Below are positions 14,201 through 28,332 of a stretch of 64,000 bases of DNA, one piece after another (position 1 is the first letter of the stretch; each line of letters starts with the position of its first letter). The notes under the pieces were generated by a model. It was given only the letters and a program-made list of their open reading frames with translations. It did not search any database and was not told the DNA's origin. Position numbers and translations under genes: made by a program. The stretch is taken from NCBI RefSeq assembly GCF_036588685.1, contig NW_026963302.1, positions 2,108,001-2,172,000 of the forward strand. Reading direction: 5' to 3'. This DNA is from Mytilus trossulus (Eukaryota).

Positions 14201-14982
14201 TTTGGTCTTTGTTGAAGGCCGTATGATGCACTATAGTTTAATAAGGTTACTATAAATGACGCGGTTTAAAGCAACTATCGGTCACTGTACGGCCTATGAC
14301 CATGGGTAAAATCAATACCATATTGTCTGCTATAGCAGATCCCGTAATAACAAAATGTAAAACGTATCAAACGAAAAAACTAGTACTAGAAAAATAATCA
14401 ACGAAGAATAAATGTGACAGGCAGCAATAAACGACAACCACTGAATTACAGGCTCCCGGCCTAGGACAGAGGGGGGAGGTATAGATTGTGGCGAGGTAGA
14501 ACATGTGTGTATGCGCTAAATCCTTCCCGCTAGCTGAGACAGTTGTGAAACAGCACAACCTAAGGACTGTAAAAATCTGTTTGAAATTGCTTGCCTCATT
14601 ATACGATGTATAACAACAACTAACAAATAAATTCTTACATGTTACCTTTTTTGAAGCGTTATGTAATTGTATTTGAAATATATTTTCGTATTCGTAAGCC
14701 AGAAAATCTACAAGCCAGTTACCTTTTTCGTTAGCTTTTTACACAAAAAAATCGAATGACTTAATGTCAAACAAACAACTTCAATCAAGTTCTAACAATA
14801 TGCATGTAGAACAAGTACTCGGTACACATTTTAAAATAAAACGTCCTCAAAATGTGCAAAACGCAAGCTTTAAAGTAACCTATAAATTGGAAATATAAAA
14901 ATGTGACAAATTCAAGAGAGAAAACTAACTTTCTGGTACATGTATAATCTTATAAACCTTAAGAGAAAACAATTGTACCAGA

Positions 14983-15321
14983 CGACAACGGACTAAAGAC
15001 TCATGGACAGAGACAACGGACTAAAGACTCATGGAAATAAACAACAAACTAAAGACTCATGGAAAGAGACAACGAACTAAAGACTCAAGGAAAGAGACAA
15101 CGGACTAAAGACTCATGGAAAGAGACAACGAACTAAAGACTCATGGAAAGAGACAACGGACTAAAGACTCATGGAAAGAGACAACGGACTAAAGACTCAT
15201 GAAAGAGTCAACTAACTAAAGATTCATGGAAAAAGACAACGGACTAAAGACTCATGGAAAGAGGCAACGGACTAAAGACTCATGGAAAGAGACAACGAAC
15301 TTAAAACTCATGGAAAGAGAC
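14983..15321. repeat. 28-bp minisatellite, about 12 copies
   Basis: Unit agagacaacggactaaagactcatggaa repeated head-to-tail with no spacers. Confidence 0.95.
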
Positions 15322-15595
15322 AGATATGTATTTAAAGAAAGCGGCAATGTTAAATATATTTGCGACCGCTCTATTTCTTTGCAAATAACATTGGACAATT
15401 GAGTTACATCACAATATTATAAAAACACATAGTACAAATCAGTTGTTAAAAGGCCTTGACTCGTCAGATTTAATAATAACTTATATATTCAAAACAACCA
15501 ACAAAAAACAAAAAGTACCGATTTCAGAATACTAAAGCAGTAACGTATTATGAAGGGCAAGTTATTTTTTTATATTACAAAAAAAATAAAAAAAT

Positions 15596-15760
15596 AAATG
15601 TGATATGTTTGCCAATGAGACAACCCTCCACAAGAGACCAAAATAGCACAGACATTAATTAACTATATGTCACCCTACGGCCTTCTACAATGAGCAAAGC
15701 CTATACCGCATAGTCAGCGATAAAAGGCCCCGAAATGACAATGTAAAACAATTCAAACGA
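15596..15760 (-). repeat. Partial copy of the SINE-like repeat (other diverged copies at ~26700-26955, 27345-27470, 33437-33820, 43770-43930, 44410-44520, 56250-56360, 59608-59810, 63670-63825)
   Basis: Recurring signature atgtggtatgattgccaatgagacaac...tacggccttcaacaatgagcaaagcc. Confidence 0.7.
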
Positions 15761-16520
15761 TTATTATCAGAGACGGATTTCAAGGGTTTTTAAGGGGACC
15801 CGCCCCCCTTTTTGTGAGAAAAAAATGGTTACTTATATAGGAAATCACTAAAGCGTGACTGGAGCGGGTCCCCTCTTAGGCATTCAGTGCCCCCCCCCTC
15901 TTACGAAAATTTCAAGATCAGCCACTGATCATCCATACTTAACAATACAAACCGAATAATGAACCTAGATATGGAAGTTTAACGCACCCCACATACTATT
16001 TTGAGTCAATCAAAGTAACTTTTGTTAATCACTTTAAGACTCGGTTCTCGATTACTTTAATTAAGAAAATTAAATGTTCAGTTATTAAGTGCACTGTATT
16101 ATGTCATTTGCTATGGTTTTGATTTTTATGGTAATACTTTTCTAATTTTTTCCGATTATTTTTATGACGATAAAGCCGTTACAACAATGATGGTTTTAAC
16201 TCTCGATAGTATCATGTATTTAATCAAACGGAATCTTTTGAAAATGTTTAGATCTGAGAATTTTTATATTAGTTGTAAATTGCAAATTGAGTTATTTTTA
16301 TAAATATGTAATGACTCTCAAGGGAATGAAATAAATGAATGAAATGAAAAGGATGATAATTATAAAGGAAACATGTCATTACAGTTTAACGATATTATGT
16401 TATTGCTTTAAAGACATTAAATAACAAGAGTAAAAAGAAGTATTAAAAGTGCGTGGCTCATCTTTTTGTGTTCAATTTTATCAATATTATTTGAAATGAC
16501 TCAAAGCAGGTTAAAATACG

Positions 16521-16682
16521 ACAATGTTGAACCAGTTAAAAATCAAGTTCAATAGCCTCAGCAAAATAACTTTTACGTCAGTCGGGCTCTTGTGGAAAAT
16601 TGACAATGTTGAACCAGTTAAAAATCAAGTTTAGCCTCAGAAAACTAACTTTTACGTCATGCATGTTGGTCTTTTTGTGGAA
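16521..16682. repeat. Local direct duplication of about 80 bp
   Basis: gacaatgttgaaccagttaaaaatcaagtt...tagcctcag...aacttttacgtca occurs twice in tandem. Confidence 0.8.
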
Positions 16683-17478
16683 CGTTGTTACATCGGCAAT
16701 TATACCAAATCTTCCTATTTTTATAAAACAAGAATCGATTTGAGGGATTTATTGTTGCTATACATATATATTGTATAATTATGTTCATTTCTTGTATGTG
16801 TGAAAAATTCAGCATGTCAAATTTGCTATCTATCTTTTTACAGAATAATATATATATAGTAGACAGTGTATGAAACCATATCAACTACCTACTACCATCA
16901 CCTCCGAAAAATAAAATACACGTTTAAAACTTCGACAACAACGAGCAACAAATGGTCCAGACAGTTTGATGCAATTCATTCTGTAAATGTAATAAAAAAG
17001 GGTTTAATTTAAAGATTATTGAAATTGTCTTAAAAATTCGGCTTACCCTGAGGGAGATGTAAAATCTCACTATATCTATTAGAAGATTAATCACCATGCG
17101 GAAAAAAGTTCGAAAAAAAAATGAAGCAGGAGGAGGCGTGAATCTTAAGAAATAGGATAGTATTGTCAAAATCTATTTTAAGTTCGATTAACTCTTTTGG
17201 AGGTGCAATTTTACTGAATTATAAAAATAACAATTATCCCAGGTTACTTTTATAAAAATGTTCGAACTACATGCAAATCATTGTAAATAACTGTCAGTGG
17301 CCGGTACTTCAGTTTACTAGAAACTTTTGCTGCTGAAATTCAAAACAGTTATATTGATACGGGATTTGTTTTTCAATTGTTATGTTTAATAACTCATGTG
17401 TACATGTACCTATTATAGTTTATATAGACTTTGGTAATAAAGATATTATATATATTATTACTACAAAATTTTAGAAAA

Positions 17479-18853
17479 CAAATAAAATTGAGAATGGAAA
17501 TGGGGAATGTGTCAAAGAGACAACAAACCGACCAAATAAAAAAAACAACAGCAGAAGGTCACCAACAGGTCTTCAATGTAGCGAGAAATTCCCGCACCCG
17601 GAGGCGTCCTTCAGCTGGCCCCTAAACAAATATATACTAGTTCAGTGATAATGAACGCCATACTAATATCCAAATTGTACACAAGAAACTAAAATTTAAA
17701 TAATACAAGACTAACAAAGGCCAGAGGCTCCTGACTTGGGACAGGCGCAAAAATGCGGCGGGGTTAAACATGTTTATGAGATCTCAACCCTCCCCCTATA
17801 CCTCTAACCAATGTAGAAAAGTAAAAGCATAACAATACGCACATTAAAATTCAGTTCAAGAGAAGTCCGAGTCTGATGTCAGAAGATGTAACCAAAGAAA
17901 ATAAACAAAATGACAATAATACATAAATAACAACAGACTACTAGCAGTTAACTGACATGCCAGCTCCAGACTTCAATTAAACTGACTGAAAGATTATGAT
18001 TTCATCATATGAACATCAGGCACAATCCTTCCCGTAAGGGGTTTAGTATCATACCATCATAACATATATGAGAAGAACATAACCCGTGTCATGCCAACAA
18101 CTGTTTTTAGAATAAATGTGTTTAGTTCCGACGCAAAGACCTTATAAGTGACTCAATATTAACGTCAACATATGCAATCTTTAATGACTTGACAACAGTA
18201 TCGTAATTATATCCCTTCTTACTAAGTCTATTCAAAGGTTTTGTAAGTTTATGAGGTGAATACTGACACCTTTGTGCTTTATAAAGAATATTTCCATAAA
18301 AAATTGGATGTGAAATACCTGAACGTATAAGAAGTCTGCATGTTGAGCTATATTTACGAATGATGTCTTTATACCGATGATAAAATTTAGTAAATGTTTT
18401 GACTAGTTTGTGATATCGAAAACCCTGGTGTAATAATTTTTCAGTAATACATAAATTTCTCTCGTTAAAATCTAAAACATTGTTACATACACGAGCGAAT
18501 CGTACAAGTTGAGATATATAAACACCGTAAGATGGTGACAAGGGAATGTCACCATCTAAAAACGGATAATTAACGATAGGAAATGAAAAATCATCCCTTT
18601 TATCATAAATTTTAGTATTCAGCTTTCCGTTAGGGATATAGATATCAAGATCGAGGAAAGGGCAGTGGTCATTGTTAGTATTAGCTTTATTTAAAGTAAG
18701 TTCACCAGGATAAATTTCATTAATATACATACTGAAGTCGTCATTATTGAGAGCCAAAATATCGTCCAAATATCTAAAAGTATTATTAAATTTGTTTATC
18801 AGATGTTGTTTTGATGGGTCTTTGCTTATTTTTGTCATAAATTGTAACTCATA
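17479..18853 (-). mobile_element. 5'-truncated Penelope-like retroelement (RT C-terminal half + ~640-bp 3' UTR)
   Basis: ORF 18122-18838 with RT motifs followed by a 3' UTR whose end is copied at 13896-14152. Confidence 0.75.
18122..18838 (-). CDS. Reverse transcriptase C-terminal fragment (palm motif to thumb), Penelope-like
   Basis: FRYLDD catalytic motif, PFLDL, YDKRDDFSFPIVNYP, YGVYISQLVRFAR; N-terminal RT motifs absent; no GIY-YIG before the stop. Confidence 0.8.
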   Translation of the reverse strand: MTKISKDPSKQHLINKFNNTFRYLDDILALNNDDFSMYINEIYPGELTLNKANTNNDHCPFLDLDIYIPNGKLNTKIYDKRDDFSFPIVNYPFLDGDIPLSPSYGVYISQLVRFARVCNNVLDFNERNLCITEKLLHQGFRYHKLVKTFTKFYHRYKDIIRKYSSTCRLLIRSGISHPIFYGNILYKAQRCQYSPHKLTKPLNRLSKKGYNYDTVVKSLKIAYVDVNIESLIRSLRRN

Positions 18854-21800
18854 AGTTTGTTTCGTGTTCCTGTTTGATATTTTATAGATACAAGTACCAT
18901 AAAAATTATTACGATTTTGCTGAAAAAAGTCTGTAATAATAAGAATATTTTTTATAATACCTTTGTTTAGAGAAAGGAACTCATTTGGATTACAATAAAT
19001 TTTTATTAAAGCTCTCTTAATGCACTAAATCAGCGACGCACCTTTATACCATTGTGGATTTTAAGATATAAACTATATTTGTCTTCGCTTATTACTTTGA
19101 ATAGAAATTCCCAGTATCATCATAGTTTATTTAGCATGATTTATAAGACCGAAACCTGCTGTTTATGTGTGAATTAAGTAAGCTTCTTAAACGAATATTA
19201 TAAATTAATCTGCGTCCAGCCTTTTCAAGTGTTGCCGTCTTCAATTGACAAACATTTTTGAGAAAGATGTAAGTTTTTAGGTGTAAATAAATGTATGAAT
19301 GATTTTTTTTTAAATTTTAAATGATTTTTTAAACTCTTAACCATGATATCTCAAATGTAGTGTAGATAAAGCGTAAGTGTCCTATGGGAAAAGCGCAAAC
19401 GTCATGTTACAAAAGCTTACAATCTTAGTCGATTCAAATAGGTGGCGAATGTGCCACGTGCGGGAAACGAAATCACAGCCACAGAACAGTGATACAGATT
19501 TAGAACTCTCGGCAGCAAAAACACCTTCATTTTGTATAACCGAGTACAAATACAAAATTATAAAAAAATTCCCACAATGAATGATCAAGATGTAAAATTG
19601 TAATTAAATATGAATGGTTATATGATAAGTATTATATATTCATTGAAGACGATATACCAAAAAAGGTAGTTATGACATACTAGACACCGAACAGGAAGTA
19701 AAATGAACTGTGACATTAACAATTTATGAACATCACCGTTCGCTCACAATGGAAGCGTAAGACTATACGTTATTTTTTTATATCTATATATAATATATAT
19801 TCCTAAATAAGATATACATGTATCATTTATACATAAAAGTTCAAATATACAAGAACAATATTTTTTTTTCTTAAACTCCATGTTGAATTTATGTTCCTTT
19901 ATTTTTTAATGGAAACAAATTGTAAGAAATATATATAATGCATATACTTATATGCAAGTGTTCTTGAAAGCACTAGTACTTCGAGAAATTGTTATTAACC
20001 TTCATGTTCCTAATAAATTTCAAAATGCTCTCCAAACATATAAATATCTAAACATAACATGTATTTCTGAGCAGATTGCATGTTCGTCAAACTAAGCTGT
20101 AATTTCTCTGAAAAATATGTATAATATAGAAAACGAAAATTGTCAAACAAAAATCACTTCGATTTTATGTCGTGGGTCTGCTGTCTACACTGATCTTCTT
20201 TTTATTCAGATTTTAATTTTGAGTTGTGTTATTTATTAATACTATTATTATTATTTTAAAATTAATGTAACAGTCTCATATGAATATGAAATAAAGAATA
20301 TACTATTATATCAAAATCAAATGAGATTAAACTACATATCCAACAAGATTAACATATTTTATGTTTTTGGAACTTTAACATTAAATCTACAGATCGCATA
20401 ACAAACATGCCTTACCTTATTTGATAATCATTTTTTGATCGCTAGTCAATCCAACATTATGGAAGAAAGTTATTTGAATTCTGCTGTGATTGACTTTCCG
20501 TGTTTCATTTCAGTGTCAGAATAGTTTTGAAATTCAATCATTCAAAAGTCAATAATGTTCTAGAGGGAGACACCTACTGTCAATGGCTCATTTCACCGGA
20601 AACAAAAAGTAATACGTACGTACTAGCGACAAGTGATTAAATCTAAGTGCCATATGATTTTTACGATGGAATAATCGATACCTACGAAATTCAAAAGTCA
20701 CAATGAACACTTGTCCGAAGAAAAAGTGCTAAATAATCGGGAAACTTAAACCAGCAGAAGGAATAATTCTGTTATTGTGTAATAAGGCTTGAGGATGAAC
20801 ATTTGAAATATGACGTTTCCCCTTTAATCAATGAAGTCGAATAAAAAAGCGTTAACAAGATTCTGAAGTTAGGTTAAATGTCAATTTAACGTGATGGAAA
20901 GCCAGCGTGCTGCTGAGTTTTACTGTTCGACATTTTGTTTTTTGTTTGGAATTCGATAGGTTGCAGATAAATGACAGTTCCAGTAAAACAATCAATAATT
21001 GAAATGTCAATTATGATATCGCAATTTCAATCTTTATATGAAAAATGGTAAATAATTTCATAATTTGTTTCAATATTTATGTATAGGATATTGATACAAT
21101 GCATTACATCAGCATTTTCTTGATGTTGTTTTCTAAATAAGAAAAGATCGTTAACTATTATCATAACAACCAAATGCAATATATTTTTTTCCCGACTGAC
21201 GCGATTGGAAAAATTATGACAAATTAACATGTTTCATTCTATAGATTGTCTGATAATAACCTCTGTTTACGTCTAATATTGAACAAACGTGTCGACATCT
21301 AGTGTTTCATTGGAGTATTTTCTTTTTGTTCTCTGAAAGTGTTGTAAATAATACGTGCATAACGTTTTACAAGTCACGAATAATTTACTTTTTGTCAAGA
21401 GTTTGATCATAACCTAATCTGTTTATCTACAGTAGTGGTTGGCATATGATATATTGCAAATGAAACTATGCTTCCTTCAAGGACAGTACATGCAAGTAGT
21501 TAAATAACTCATTGCTTTGAGGGTTTTAAAATAATTTCAAGAGAGCACTTGCATATGTTGCCGGTATGTATTTCGATAAATCTAGTCGATAAATGTCTCT
21601 TAAACAAACCTGTAAAAGTACTGCTAAGATTTCTTCCGAAAAAAGGAAAATCACAAAAATACTAAACTCCGAGGACAATTCAATTAGAAAGTCCCTAATC
21701 AGATGGCAAAATAAAAAACTCAAAGACATCAAACAAATGAACGGACAACAACTGTCATATTCCTGATTTGGTACAGACATTTTCTTATGTAGAAAATGGT

Positions 21801-23574
21801 GGAATCAACCTGGTTTTGAAGTTAGCTAATTCTCTCTCTTGTATGACAGTCGCATAAAATTCCAATATGTTGACAACGATGTGTGAACAAAACAAACAGA
21901 CATAATAGGTAAAAATGTTAAAAAAAAACAGGAATACAGCAGTCAACATTGTGTTATTATCTTAATCACTACTAAAACAAACAAACATGTAAACAAACAT
22001 TACGATTTTACCATTTGATAAGGGACTTTCCGTTTTGAATTTTCCTCGGATTTCAATAATTTTGTGATTTTTCTTTTTACCATGGCAGGTCATGGCACAA
22101 TGACGGGTCAAATGTAACAAATAAACAGAAAAAGGCATATAGATAATGCATATGAGCAAAAATTAAGAATACACAAATCATTATAGAACAATGACACAAC
22201 GACGGAATGTATAAGTACAGAGCCATGTCATGTGTAAGATTCAGTATACATGGGACTATTTAACTAAAATAGTAATAGTCCCAGAGTATACACTGGTTTG
22301 TTGTTATATACTATATTAATGTAACTGTTACATGTATATATAATTTTCATCCATTCGTATATCATTCTATTCTACTATTCTTATAATAGTGCAGTGCAAG
22401 TGCATGGCGGACACTCTTCTATAAAAGAAAACGATTTTTCTTAAAGATTGGACATGAGAAGCCGTTCATATTTTCACGCAAAAACAATAACAGAGCTACC
22501 GGTCCTTGCCAGGGGTGTCGCAAAACATTCTTGAGGTATTCTTCCGCAGCTTTAACACAATTTTTTGGTACGTGTGCATTGATATTATTAATATGTTTTT
22601 ACTTTATATATATCTTACGACAATTTTCATTTTATTACTTTGAGTTTTAAAAACAAAAAATTTAAAGGAGTATCCATTGAAAAAATGAAGTTAAAACATG
22701 TGAGAAGGAATTTTAATTTGCACTAGATAATGTCCGCGGATCTTATATTTTTATAGATCGGTTGAAAACCCCAAACTAATTTGCATAATGAAAATTTAGA
22801 CGATAGCAATACATTGGAATGACCTCAAGGTCATCTCGATGCAAAAAATTTAGGACAAGAATACAGAAATTATCATAGAACAATATCACAATGACGGGAT
22901 GTATAAATACAGAGCCACGTGTAAAAAGGAAACACTAAAAGGCATATAGACAAAGCATATTATCAAAAGTGAAGACAATAACACAACAGTTACAGAGCAA
23001 TAACACAACGACGGAATGTATAAATACAGAGCCACATCAAATGGATACCACAATAAAAAAAAAACAGACCAACCAGTAAAATTTATATTCGTAAAGAGAA
23101 ATAAAAGAATAATATACCACGTTATTTAGATGATTTACAACGTCAGTATCGAAAATCTATACTACAAGACCATTGTATATTATTTGTGAAGTTGAACTTT
23201 TTTTTGAGAAAAAAAGGACCAGACGTTCAGGTTCGTCAACTTTCTTCTCATACACTTGTAACGTTTTACAAATTTAGTAGTTTCTGCATGCTCTTAATTA
23301 ACAAATAAGATAGGAAATGTATATCCCATATGCAGGTGAAGATGGTATATTGCTTCTTAGGGGAAAAGGGGGAGGGAATTGATAATTTCAAAATGAAAAT
23401 CGTCTCGTTTATAAAAGAATCTGGTAGTGAGATGACCGTGTATGTCAAATTCGAGATATAAGTCTACACATGAGGTGAATGAGGATTGAATATAAAAAAA
23501 CGGTTTGCATTTTTGTGGAAAAGTTTTTTTATTTACAAAGCCATAAAAGATATATCATGATTCTTTCTTTGTCT

Positions 23575-24212
23575 CACACATTTACCAACTCACATACTCC
23601 ATCTTTGCCTTTTTCCTTCACATTCCCTATCCCCTTACCATATCACACACACACCAACACACCAACACACCTCACATACATACTCTCTCCTACACACATA
23701 CACATTCTACCCTCACATTCATACTCTGTCCTACACACACAATCTAACTGCCACACAGCTTCACTCTCACATACTCACTCATACTCTCTCTCTCCAAACA
23801 CTCACCTACATATACACTCTCAACCGCTAACATACACACACACTCTCACCCTACATACACCACACTCTTACCTACATACACCACACACACACTCTCATCT
23901 ACATACACCACACACACACTCTCACCTACATACACCCTACATACACCACACACACACTCTCACCTACATACACCACACACACACTCTCACCTACACACAC
24001 CACACACACACTCTCACCAACATACACCACACACACTCACTCTCACCCTACATACACCACACACTCGCACCTACATACACCACACACTCTCACCTGCCTA
24101 CATACACACTCTCACCCACCTACATATATACACACCTCTCACCCTACATACACCACACACTTTCACCTACATACACCACACACGCTCACCTACATACACC
24201 ACACACTCTCTC
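23575..24212. repeat. CA-rich low-complexity minisatellite (~23-27-bp unit ctcacctacatacaccacacacaca)
   Basis: Visible degenerate tandem array; accounts for the His/Thr-rich ORF 23479-24249. Confidence 0.9.
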
Positions 24213-27200
24213 TCCTAGTAAGAATAAGAAGAAAAAAATGAAAGACTGAAAGATTAAGAGACAGAGAAAGAGTGAGAGAATGAAAAAAAGTGTGAAATAT
24301 AGACAAAGAGAAAAAAGTTGAAGATTGAAAGAGAATTTTAAAGAATAAAACGAATGAACAAAGACGAGAAGAGATCCGTTCCAAAATAATTTCAAAAATT
24401 ACACCTTGTAGAGGTGCACGGCTAAAGCAGTAACGGGTTCTCCTCCGTCGGCGCTGTAATTTATAACAGTCCATTGGCGAGAATACCACTGCCTACCAGA
24501 ATTTTGGAAGGGTTGGCGCTCTTACCTTCAGTTCCCTTCATTAGGTAAAAGAGCACTCAACATTTTGAAATGATTCATTTTATCTAAATAAAAGTATAAT
24601 GGAATTTGCGGTGTTTTTTATTTTTGATTCTTGCAATTTAACTTTTGGGATGGAACTCGTTGTTAGGTTAATTGTTTTTGTATATGAATAGTTTATCACT
24701 CTATGAATTTATAGGTGTAATAGAGTAAAAAATATTTAGTTTTTCAAATATTTCAAATTAATTAAAATGAACATAATAATGGGTGGTAACTTCATTGTCG
24801 TAAAATATATGTGCTACAAGTAAAACATAACACGTGTTTTCCAGTCTATTCATGTGAGATGATTTAATCAATAAACACAAAAAAAAAACACAAACTATAC
24901 TCACTTATACCTACATTGTATCTATATACAAATAAGGAGATATGGTTTGAATGCCAATGAAACAACTATTTGCCAAATTGCAACTAAAGTGGATGTAAAA
25001 AGTTACCTAAATTTCATGTCAAAGGGATGCATGATAATTACTAGTAGTGATATCGCGGGTCCGTGACTGAATCAAAGTATTGTAACTATCATATGCGTAA
25101 GCCTTTTTTTAGTTTTGGGATTGTCATCTGATAAATTCATGCCGATTATAAGACTCACAGTTTTCTCTGCTTTAAAAAATGTTCTGTTTGGTAGTACTTA
25201 CTCTTAGTACTAATTATTTGGACCTGCAGGTCCTGCATATATAATGGAGTATTTTTAATCAACAGCATTGTCCTATATTAGTTATAAATTAAGTTGAATT
25301 ATTTGAAACGCTGTTTTACGTCTTGTGGAGTGCCCGCTTACAATTTGAAAACTGTACTTATTTTAAGTCCAATATTTAAGTATTCGTATTGTCATCTTAA
25401 AAAGTCTTAATTATTAAAATACTACAATAGGGAATAGTTTGACAATGATTGAATTTAGTAGTATCAAACCTGTGATTATGACCCGTGTTTAAAGCAAAAT
25501 CCGAAATACACCGTTGGTGGTGCGCATGTCAGATGCGGAACAGCGCTGATTTCACGGTCGTTTTTAACCCATGACGACTGACATTGGACCTCGTTATTTA
25601 AATATTATAGATATCTGTGTGAGGCAACGGTCTAATCTATAATATAAAAAAGAGTCACATCAACAAACGTTATAACTACTGAACATCACCTACTCGTTTC
25701 GGATGATTATGATAATTTGTCATTATTAAATTTCTCAGACTTAGATCTAAGAGTGTGTTTTCAGTTTATCTTCTCCCTTTTCGTTATTCGTAACAAGACT
25801 TGGCGTTTGCTACAGTATAACTGCATATCATATTTGTTTTTCGTTAACAATTCTATCCATAAACCAGGCTGTTATTCTTATCGCTTGTATTGTTTTACAT
25901 TTGTCATTTCATGGTCTTCTTAGCTTAATTGCTATGTGGTTTGGAATTTGCTCATTGTTGTAATTTTAATATTGTTCACAGCTGTTTTTGAAAATAGTAA
26001 ATTTTCTTTATGTTACAAATCATCGACGGACATTTACATGTGTGCTGAAGTTCGCTTTTTTATAAGAGGGTCTTTTAAAGGGAACCTTTATTGGCACACA
26101 AAATGTTTTGTTAAATTTACAAGCCTAAGTGGGAGGGGGCAAACCCAATAGTAAGATCAGCCATTTTGAAATGGGGTGCCAATGTGTAATCTTCTGATTT
26201 TAGAGATAAACAGAGGGTGTCAAATTTTAAGAGGGTTATTGATTCGAAAAGTGTTGGGAAACCTCTTTTGTTAGCATCCGAACTCGCAAATTCTGTGAAG
26301 GTAGTTGCCTTTTTTTGCAGCCGTAATCGAATTTGAGGATAATTATATTTTTCGTTTCATAGTTTTTTACTTTCATAGCTAAAGTACAACAACTTTTGTT
26401 TGCTTGATGTGTGGCATTGAAGTATATTACACACATCTTCTGTTAATCGACTTAAAATTTCCTTTCGATTTTTTTCAGACTCCCATATTGGTCTTTGAAC
26501 AGTTTTTGGAATTGTTTCGTTGGAAAAATGAAAATGCCAACCATCTATAAAATATCTTGTACAAAAGTCCAGTTCTCCTTTGCTTGGTGCTTCAAGATTT
26601 TTACGAGACATCCCCTGTTATTCTCAAATTAATTGGACTTTTATGACATTAAAAGTTTAGACGATGTATTATAGACACAGTTCGCAGTTCTGTTTAACAA
26701 TAAAGAGATGTGACATGATTGTGAATGAGACAAATATCCGCCTGAGACCAAATGACAAAGATATGTACAACAAAAGGTCACCACACGGCCTTCAACAATG
26801 AACAAAACCCAAACCCCATAGTTAGCTATGAAAGTCAAATGTTAAACAATTCAAACTAGAAAACTAACGGCCTGATTTATATACAAGACAATGAACGAAA
26901 AACAAATATAAATAAATATACACCAACAAACGACAACTACCGAATTAGAGGCTTGCATATTTGAGATTAGCATAATTTAGACAGAAAGCCTTTGTTTTTA
27001 AGTGTTTTATATTTTTTATCATCACCATACATGCATTATGAATGATTATTGTAATTTATCATCATTTGTAAAACAGTGGGAAATGGTTTTGTAATTATTG
27101 AATTATTTGTTGTTAAATGTCAAAAGTGAATGGTATTCTCTTATCAAACTGAATGTAGTAAAGGCTACAATACTTGTGTAAGTAAACTTATTATTATTTC

Positions 27201-27631
27201 TTGCAAAACGTGAAGGCTATTTTATTCTATAAAGATTGATACATGTATGTTGCGATTGTATATGCTTCTACACAATATCTATTAGCTTTCCACCAAATTC
27301 TATATCCTTCAAATAAGTAGCATGTATTCGTCATGCTGTGTGAAATAAGAAGATGTGGTATGACTGCCAATGAGACAACTATTCACAAGAGACCAAATGG
27401 CAGGGAAATTAACAGCTACAGGTCACCGTGCGGCCTTCAACAATGCCCTAACCACATAGTCAGCTTTAAAAATCTATTTATTTTTAAAACAGATATATAT
27501 AATTTTTTTTATAGTACAATTCATAATTAATTCAGCAAATTCTTTATTTAAACAAAAAGTTAGCTTCAACAATAGATATTTGTTTCTTTTGAGAATGTAT
27601 CTTTGATTTAAGCAACTTTAAAACATTTACA

Positions 27632-28218
27632 AAAGGAGTAGGTCCGGTAAGGGGCGATTTTGGCCTCAGTTTTCATGTTCATTTAACGAAATATTTTTTT
27701 ACATTTTTTAAACACGTAAGTGTCTATTTCTATTGATTTAATTAGTTTATGTGACGGTTTTTAACTGAGTAAGTCATTAAAAACGCTCCTTTTCAAGCTT
27801 GAATATGAAAAATGTATCAAATATGCAAAAAACCGTCATTTTTCAGATGGTGTTTGTCAAAAACGAAAGTGGCCGCATCCGTGTTCATCCTCAACCTTTA
27901 TATATATTATGTATTATTAGGAAATACAACTTACGTTTTAATATTATGAATGAACACGAATGCGGCCACTTTCATTTAAGACGGAAACCGTCTAAAATTT
28001 AAGTAAAATGCTAAAATTCTGAAGATTTTAGAAATTTAGCATGACTAAATGATGCTAGACTACCCGATATATGTGCATTGTGTTGTCAAAAACAGCCCAT
28101 ATTTATGTAGCAGAATCATTCTACTTTCCAACAAATAGCTTAACGATTACATTTTCAAAATTTTGTAAAACTGCTATATTTTGGGGCCAAAAAGGGATCT
28201 TACTGAACCTACTCCTTT
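27632..28218. mobile_element. MITE with ~35-bp imperfect TIRs and an internal inverted repeat
   Basis: aaaggagtaggtccggtaag..ttttggcc vs ggccaaaaa..cttactgaacctactccttt; internal IR gaaagtggccgcatccgtgttcat (~27865) / atgaacacgaatgcggccactttc (~27950). TSD unclear. Confidence 0.75.
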
Positions 28219-28332
28219 GTTTTAACCTTACGGCTGATTTCCCGGTAAAGACCATTAAATCGCTAATCAACATCTAAGTTACATTAGTGACCAACTAAAT
28301 CTTTTAGTTTTACATGATGGAACCTATGCTAT

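Noticed and set aside
14983-15321. 28-bp array as a CRISPR locus
   Set aside because: Units are contiguous with no unique spacers; eukaryotic context; no cas genes.
22242-22295. Short inverted repeat cagtatac-tgggactatt / aatagtccca-gtatacactg
   Set aside because: Real but isolated; no partner end or TSD found to define an element.
23479-24249. 256-aa His/Thr-rich ORF resembling a metal-binding or byssal protein
   Set aside because: It is a translation of a CA-rich minisatellite that lacks stops by composition; no signal peptide or credible gene structure.
26210-26620. Possible Tc1/mariner MITE (cagagggtgtc / gacatcccctg)
   Set aside because: TIR match is too short and degenerate, and the TA TSD is not clear.
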